Below, piece by piece: positions 57,080 to 64,000 of a DNA stretch of 64,000 nt (the stretch's first letter is position 1; each line of letters starts with the position of its first letter). The stretch comes from Eledone cirrhosa (taxonomy: Eukaryota). Both the position numbers and the translations under genes were made by a program. The stretch covers positions 295,182,001 through 295,246,000 of the forward strand of contig OZ024741.1 of assembly GCA_964016885.1 (NCBI GenBank), read 5' to 3'. The notes under the pieces are model-generated. The model ran no database searches and had not been told where the DNA came from. It saw nothing but the letters and a program-made list of their open reading frames with translations.

Positions 57080-58991
57080 TTACAATAATTTATAACTTTA
57101 CCAATTCCACAAGTTCCATGATTTTCAAAAGTTAAGGGAGATGGAGAAATGTATGGCTATGCCAACATGTAGCTTGCATCTATATCTATATATATATGAG
57201 AGAGATGTAGTTGGGTAGATAGATTTCTGCCTATATATGTGTGTGTGTGTGCGTGTGTCATCGATTACTAACAACAACTGATATTTTTGTGAGGTCTGCA
57301 ACTTAATGATTCAACTGGTAAAGATTGGGGATATATATCTTACTTAAAAACAGGTAAGATTTGGCATTTAGAAAGCCATCAGACCAAAAAATATTATCAT
57401 GGAAGAGGCAGACATGAAATGATATCTCTTGTACCTTAAACATTATCTCATTTACTGTCTTTAATATTGTTATTATTTTGGATTATTTTCTATACAGAAC
57501 TTTCATACAATTTATTCAGGTAACAGATACTACTAACCACCAGAAAATAGATCTGTAACATACAGTTTGTGTAACTCTATCAACCAAAATATCTAATTAG
57601 TATCCAATGACTATTTGTATTTAGTTTACAGAGGAAAAAATTCACTTCCATCTGTTTGTGAAGTTTCTCCATCATAAACTTTTGTTTTTATATTTCTCAT
57701 TTACTACTACCACTTTACAAAATCACTTAATTGTCAATTATTTTGACTGGCTTTAATTATTAAGATGAAACATTACACTCTGTAAAGTTGTTAGCAATTG
57801 AATGGAAACAGTGCAGGGTAGAGAGGGTTCTTCTACTTTATTAAGGATATAATAATCTTTCTAATGCTGGTGCAATGATAAAACATATTTACCCATTACA
57901 CTCTATAAAGTGGTTGGTGTTTGGAAGGGCATCAAGCTGTAGAAACCATACCAAAATGACTCCTTTCACACACCATGCCTTCACTCCTATTTTAAGTGTC
58001 CATGTAGTCATGAGTAGGCATAGACGCCCTCTGGACCAACATAACCTCCTTCACCCAGTGGAACATTGAAGATATTACAGTTGGAGGAGGGGGGGGGGGG
58101 GGCTGCATCTATTTAATCCGAAAATGGAGGCAAAGTTTAATTGAAGGCCACCCTTATCCACCTTGTCACAAAGCATTGCCATAGGGCATATACAGCTTTA
58201 TATAAATTCAACAGTACTAACTGTTGGGTCACTGTGCCCTGGTGAATATTATCACTGTAGGGGGACAGACTTTGATCTATCCAACTCATGCCAGTGTAGA
58301 AAGTGTACATAAAATGATAATAACAATGATCATGATGAAGAATAAGGTTTAGAATAATTTCTTGCTCTCTAGTCAATCAGTTATGATCAACCACAAAGTA
58401 ACTTTCAACTATTTCATACATAAATATAATGGACCCTAACATTCTTTATATTCAATCTTTTTTCAGTACCATTCTGGTGAAAAAGAACCTTTCATAAACA
58501 TATTTTATATCTCCTAAAAGTAACTCCATTTCTTGTTTCAGATGAAATATTTTCTTTGATCTCTTCACTGTGATTATGACATCCCACTTATATAATAAAG
58601 AAAACACTTTTGTAAAATTTCCATATTGCCATTTGTCTCATAGTCCCTCATTCCTCTCTTACTCATCCCTCTCACAACTCTCTTGCTATTCCCTCTCTCA
58701 TCAACATGATCAAATCTACTCAATATTCTTGGCTCTACTTTTCTTACTCTAAACCATAGTTTTCTTTTTTCCCCACTTCAACACCACACTCCTCTCCTAT
58801 TCCAGGCAAATAATTTCTATTTTACATTAGAAAGTATTTAACTTGAATTTAATGGAATGAAATGGAATGGAAGACACTAAGTGTTCCAGTTCTGTGATCA
58901 ATGGAACAGCCTGCTTGTGAAATTAATAAGCAAGTGGCTGAGAATTCCACCTGTAAGTGACATATACATCAGTATGAGGGCACATCATATT

Positions 58992-59080
58992 AATGTATCA
59001 GGTAAAGTTTGTGAGGTTGCTTGGCTGTTTCAACACCTCAGCTTCACTGTCACCCATGATACTGCCACACAGATTTTAGA
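58992..59080 (+). pseudogene. CRE-like C-terminal remnant
   Basis: NVSGKVCEVAWLFQHLSFTV aligns with EVSGDAHEGAWLLQHLSLTI at 10.4 kb. Confidence 0.5.
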
Positions 59081-59294
59081 AGTTAACCCCATCATTCCTT
59101 GTTGTAGTGTGTAATTGAAGGAGTGTGCATGTCTTTCTTGTTTTCCTTCCTGATTCAACTTATTGATTGGTTTCTTTTGTTAATTAGGTTCTTAAGGAAC
59201 AAAAATATTTCTCAATGTCTTTTAAACTAGTTAACTATAGAAAATATGCCAGCTTCAGCATTTGGTAATCAGAAGAAGTGAGGTAGGTGTAAAA

Positions 59295-59620
59295 GTCAAA
59301 CTCCCTATCTTCAATTCAGTATTCAAGCCAACCTTTACTTATGGTCATGAATCTTGGGTAATGACCAAAAGAGTATGATCATGAATTCAAGCAGCCAAAA
59401 TTGAGTTCCTCCAAATGGTTTTTGGAGTAATTTTACTTGATAGAGTGCATAGCTCAAGATTAGAGATTTGGACCAGTTAGAGCCACTACTTCTCTGAATT
59501 GAGGGATCACAGCTCTGATACTATGGGCATGTGGTTAGAATGTTTCAGGAAAGAATCACTGGACAGATTTTACAGGCAAAACTACAATCCTCTCAGGATA
59601 AGTGGGCGAAGATGAAGAAC
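59295..59620 (+). pseudogene. Old Rex3/Expander-like RTE 3' fragment
   Basis: FNSVFKPTFTYGHESWVMT..LEPLLL..SQL*YYGHVVRM; 3' end GGATAAGTGGGCGAAGATG; related ends at about 17610-17737 (+) and 7770-7850 (-). Confidence 0.7.
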
Positions 59621-60075
59621 TATAGAGAAAGTGCTGGGCCTACTACATGGTCATTATCTTCATTTAAAAAGAGGAAAAAGTTTCATAGATAAACAGTTTC
59701 ATTAACTATCTTTCAATTTCTATGGTTTAACAGAATTTATAAATATGTTTTGGTAGATATTCTAGTGTAAAGTAATTTAAATGTTCATGATTGAATTTTA
59801 GAGATTTCTGCTGAGTAAATAGACAACACATTTGGTAGTTTAATTAAATGTATAAGTTACCATTTGCTTGCTTTGTTCCTCCATTATTTATTTAATTCTT
59901 CCAAATTGTTAAGAGTTAATATTAGGATGTTAGCATTTCTTCCATTCAGATGATGGGATGTCATTAACACATTAACAGCACCATAGACAGCTGTGTTCTA
60001 ATATCTTCTCTTTCATAGTTAAGAAATGTGGTAACAAGCTCTCACAGTATGAAAAAATAGCTGCCTGTCATCATA

Positions 60076-60106
<31 letters not shown>

Positions 60107-60195
60107 CACACACACATACACACATATATATATAAATGCTAGCAGGCAAAGCAGACATTAAAACGATAATTATGATGAGGATGGTATATATATAT

Positions 60196-61935
60196 CTAAA
60201 TGAGGAGAATAAATGGGAGAAAGACAGCCTCCCCCATATCGACCCAATAGAGGGACCAGCAGTGTTAGTCGAGGGGAGTATAATAAGTAAGGCAATCAAG
60301 GATATGAAGATGGGTAAGGCGGCTGGGCCTTCGGAAATAGTTGCTGAGATGCTGAAGGCATCTGGCACGGTGGGACACACCATGGTCACCCGCATAGTTA
60401 ACCAAGTCGTACAGAATGGGGTTGTTCCGAAGGACTGGCATAGCAGGATCATCGTTAACTGTTATAAGGGTAAAGGAGACGCCCTAGATAGGAGTAACTA
60501 TAGAGGCATTAAATTAATCGACCAGGTCATGAAGGTCACGGAAAAAGTAATAGCGCAACTAATCAGAGAGAGAATTGACCTAGATGAAATGCAGTTCGGG
60601 TTTGTGTCAGGCAAAAGTACCACAGACGCTCTTTTCATTGTACTACAACTAAAGGAGAAATACCTAGCTAAAGGTAAACCCCTCTACTTAGCTTTTGTCG
60701 ACTTGGAGAAAGCCTTCGACAGAGTCCCCCGCTCCATTATCTGGTGGGCTCTTAGAAAACTAGGCGTTGACGAATGGCTTGTGAGGGCTATACAAGCCAT
60801 GTATAAAGAAACAGTCAGCAAGGTTAGAATTAACAACGAATATAGTGAAGAGTTTAGCGTAAAAGTTGGCGTCCATCAGGGCTCTGTTCTCAGCCCCCTA
60901 CTATTTATTATTGCCCTTCAGGCTATAACAGAGGAGTTCAAGACCGGCTGCCCATGGGAACTCCTATACGCAGACGACCTGACACTAATAGCGGAATCAA
61001 TGGCCGAGCTAGAGAAGAAATTCCAAACATGGAAGCACGGCCTAGAGTCAAAAGGACTTAAAATTAACCTGGCTAAGACTAAAGTTCTAGTTTGTAGGAA
61101 AGAAAACAAGGCGGCGGTCCCTTCTGGGAAATGGTCGTGCTCAGTGTGTAGGAAAGGCGTAGGTAGAAACTCCATTTTATGTCCTAAATGCAAAGTATGG
61201 GTGCATAAAAGATGTAGTGGGATCACAGGTAAGCTAACTAAGAACATAGATTTTACATGTGGCCGGTGTTCTGGTGCAATAAGTAGCAGCAAGTGCCCAC
61301 AAAATACTATCTCTTTCAATTGCGCAGAGGGTTCTATAGAAATAGTGGACAGCTTCCGTTACCTGGGCGATAAAATCAGCAGTGGGTGAGGGTGCTCTGA
61401 AAGTACAGTAGCTAGAGTCAGAACTGGTTGGAAAAAGTTCAGAGAGCTTATACCACTATTAGCTGCTAAAGGGTTCTCCCTAAAAATGAAAGGCAGGTTG
61501 TACGATGCCTGCATACGAACAGCAATGTTGCATGGCAGTGAGACCTGGGCATTGTGTGCAGAGGATATACGCAGACTAGAGAGGAACGAAGCTTGCATGC
61601 TCCGCTGGATGTGTAACAGTAATATACGTGAACGGCAAAGCATAAACGAACTAAGGAAAAAATTAGAAATAAGAGGGATCAGATGTTGTTTACTCGAGAG
61701 AAGGCTACGTTGGTATGGACACGTGATGCGCATAAAAGTCGATAGCTGTATAACAAAGTGCAGGGCAATAAAGATAGACGGTAGTCACGGAATAGGCAGA
61801 CCTAGAAAAACCTGGGACGAGCTGATAAACTCCGACCTCACACACTTACACCTCTCCAAGACAATGTCACTGGACCGAGACCTTTGGCGGTACTCAGTAA
61901 CAGAGAAGACCCGCCTTGCCAGTAGGCATCTCTAA
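60196..61935 (+). pseudogene. RT ORF fragment with a single in-frame TGA at 61387-61389
   Basis: ORFs 60136-61389 and 61486-61935 are in the same frame; the linker reads *GCSESTVARVRTGWKKF. Confidence 0.9.
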
Positions 61936-62290
61936 CAAAATACACCCCGTCCCACCACCCCCACCCCATCCACACCACCCCGTTCTATGTAAAGTTATGT
62001 TGGTGCCGCGCCATTCAGGCCGAAACAAATGAGATCGTGTAGGTGTCACGACAAAAAAACACACAGTCCACGCTGTAATGTGGCCGTGTAGGCAACACGG
62101 TAAAAACCTCCCAGACCCACACTGTAAATGTGGTTGGTGTTAGGAAGGGCATCCAGCTGTAGAAAACCTGCCAGACAGTCCTATGCGAGCAAGACAATCA
62201 CTCTTGCCTCAAGTGGGACAACCCCCATCCAAACCCATGCAAGCGTGGAACACGGACGTTAAACGTTGATGATGATGATGATGATGATGA
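60196..62290 (+). mobile_element. RTE family A LINE, 2.1 kb, 5'-truncated
   Basis: Complete RT core with YADD, the PHD insert and the C-terminal domain; (GAT)n tail; nearly identical to the inverted copy at 41547-43650. Confidence 0.97.
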
Positions 62291-62484
62291 TATATCATCA
62301 TAAAAAAAACAACAAACGGTCGGACTGTTTTCAATGAATATTTAACTCCGTTCCTACACCAGCCATGAGATACCACATCTATGATGGATGATTTGCATAA
62401 TGTCAAATGATTTAATTTATTGCAACATCATTTACTAACCAGAATCGCAGGTTCTACCCATTGGTAAACAACCTAACATAAATG

Positions 62485-62627
<143 letters not shown>

Positions 62628-62689
62628 CATATATATATGTATATTCAGGTACTCATTCAACTGAATGAGTTGGAGTGTAAAACCCAATG

Positions 62690-62741
<52 letters not shown>

Positions 62742-62965
62742 TTCCAAAAACGGCTGACTGAATATGCATTTTTTCTCAAAAGATTTTTTTCCGTTTTTTT
62801 CATCTTCTCACTTTCTGTCTTTCTATTTCATCTTTCATTTCTCATTCTATCTTCTGATGAAGGATTAGTGTTCAAAACATAAATACTGTTTTCCTACTAT
62901 ATCAAGCGTTAAACTAATATTGTACTGTGTTGTTTGCTTTGTTGGTTCCCTTTACTTTTTGCATA
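62742..62965 (+). mobile_element. H1 hammerhead element
   Basis: ATCTT-CTGATGA-AGGAT-TAGT-GTTC-AAAA at 62849-62877; collinear with 5215-5450. Confidence 0.7.
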
Positions 62966-63724
62966 TATATATATATTTACAGAAACCTCACTTGGGTATT
63001 CAGTAATTTCCAAGTGTCGGTCCAGGTATGTTATATATACAGATATGTGCATATATGTATGTATGTATATTTTTATATGTATATATATATGAGTGTGTGT
63101 GTGTGTGTGTATTTCCTTTTCTCACTAGTCAGTTCTTTCGTTGCTACAGATCATGCGGCTAAATTAGCGGTTGCTATTTTCAATTTGCAAAGCCCTTTAA
63201 ACTGTATGTTATTACTCTGAGGTTTATTCCTTGTCGAGTGCTTGGCTCCACTACTGAAGGCATTCGTTGGCTTGGCTGCTGATCGAACTTCGAATATGCT
63301 GTACTATTGTATATATATATATATATATACAAGTCTGTAACTCTTTAAACTTTACATACACACAATGAATTTCCTATCTCAGTCATGTTTATACAATAAA
63401 AAGTTTGTTTTCCAAAAACAAGGTCTTGGATTCTTACTCTATATTTGCTCCTGTAAATAGTTATTTCTCCAAAGCTATTCATAGATTTAATCTTGTATAT
63501 CATTTGTACATATATGCTGAACATGTATGTAATTATATCTTAGAAATAAATTATTAAAATATAATTTCTAAGTTTAATTACCCCTACATGCCAATAATCA
63601 ACATAAACTATAGGATTTCTCTTAAAAAAACCCATTAATTTATCAAAACCCAAATTTTCTAATTTGTATGATTGTTCATATATCTGGTCATCCTGATATA
63701 TATGGAAACCACAATCAGTCACTA

Positions 63725-63884
63725 ATAGCAGGGGGCGCAAGCTTTCCTATCCCGATGTCATCTTCAGAGATTCTGGTATTGAAACCCAGGATTTGGCAAC
63801 AGCAATGAACAACAGACCTATGTGGAAATCTATTGTTGAGTCGATTTCAGCTGAGGCCGCCGGATAATGATGATGATGATGATA
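63725..63884 (+). mobile_element. RTE family C-related 3' stub
   Basis: RGRKLSYPDVIFRDSGIETQDLATAM matches [24 protein letters not shown] at 26.5 kb; (GAT)n tail. Confidence 0.8.
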
Positions 63885-64000
63885 TGGCATACTACCAGCT
63901 CTGGACCCCTACAGTTTCACTAATATATATAAATAGGTGATGATGATGATTAAATATTGAAATCAGTGTATTTGAACCTTACATAATTCTATTGATTTCT

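Noticed and set aside
60136-60195. ATG start of the 417-aa RT ORF
   Set aside because: The first 20 codons come from an older RTE tail stub and TA repeat; the LINE itself is 5'-truncated at about 60196.
61387-61389. Selenocysteine codon
   Set aside because: The position aligns with Gly, not Cys, in the sister family, and I see no SECIS.

Overview
AT-rich, repeat-saturated animal genomic DNA, intronic or intergenic. The SINE, RTE and (TA)n content suggests a cephalopod such as Octopus; this is inferred from recalled repeat families, not from a search. No host protein-coding gene can be supported, and nearly all listed ORFs are translations of (TA)n/(CA)n or trinucleotide tracts. The real coding signal comes from non-LTR retrotransposons: two related RTE families (A and B) with a C4HC3 PHD-type finger inserted inside the RT, an AviRTE/BovB-like RTE with an ~81-bp target duplication, a twin-primed RTE, and CR1, I-clade, Rex3-like, L1/Tx1 and CRE-like remnants. 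There are also several tRNA-derived SINE families and a few hAT, mariner and Helitron pieces. The most striking hidden layer is a set of at least four families of short non-coding elements carrying type I hammerhead ribozyme motifs, probably derived from Penelope-like pseudo-LTRs. Several are fold-back palindromes with a one-sided extension, and one has captured a 77-bp piece of DNA from 3.3 kb away as its loop. All alignments and folds were done by eye; coordinates are approximate to a few bases.
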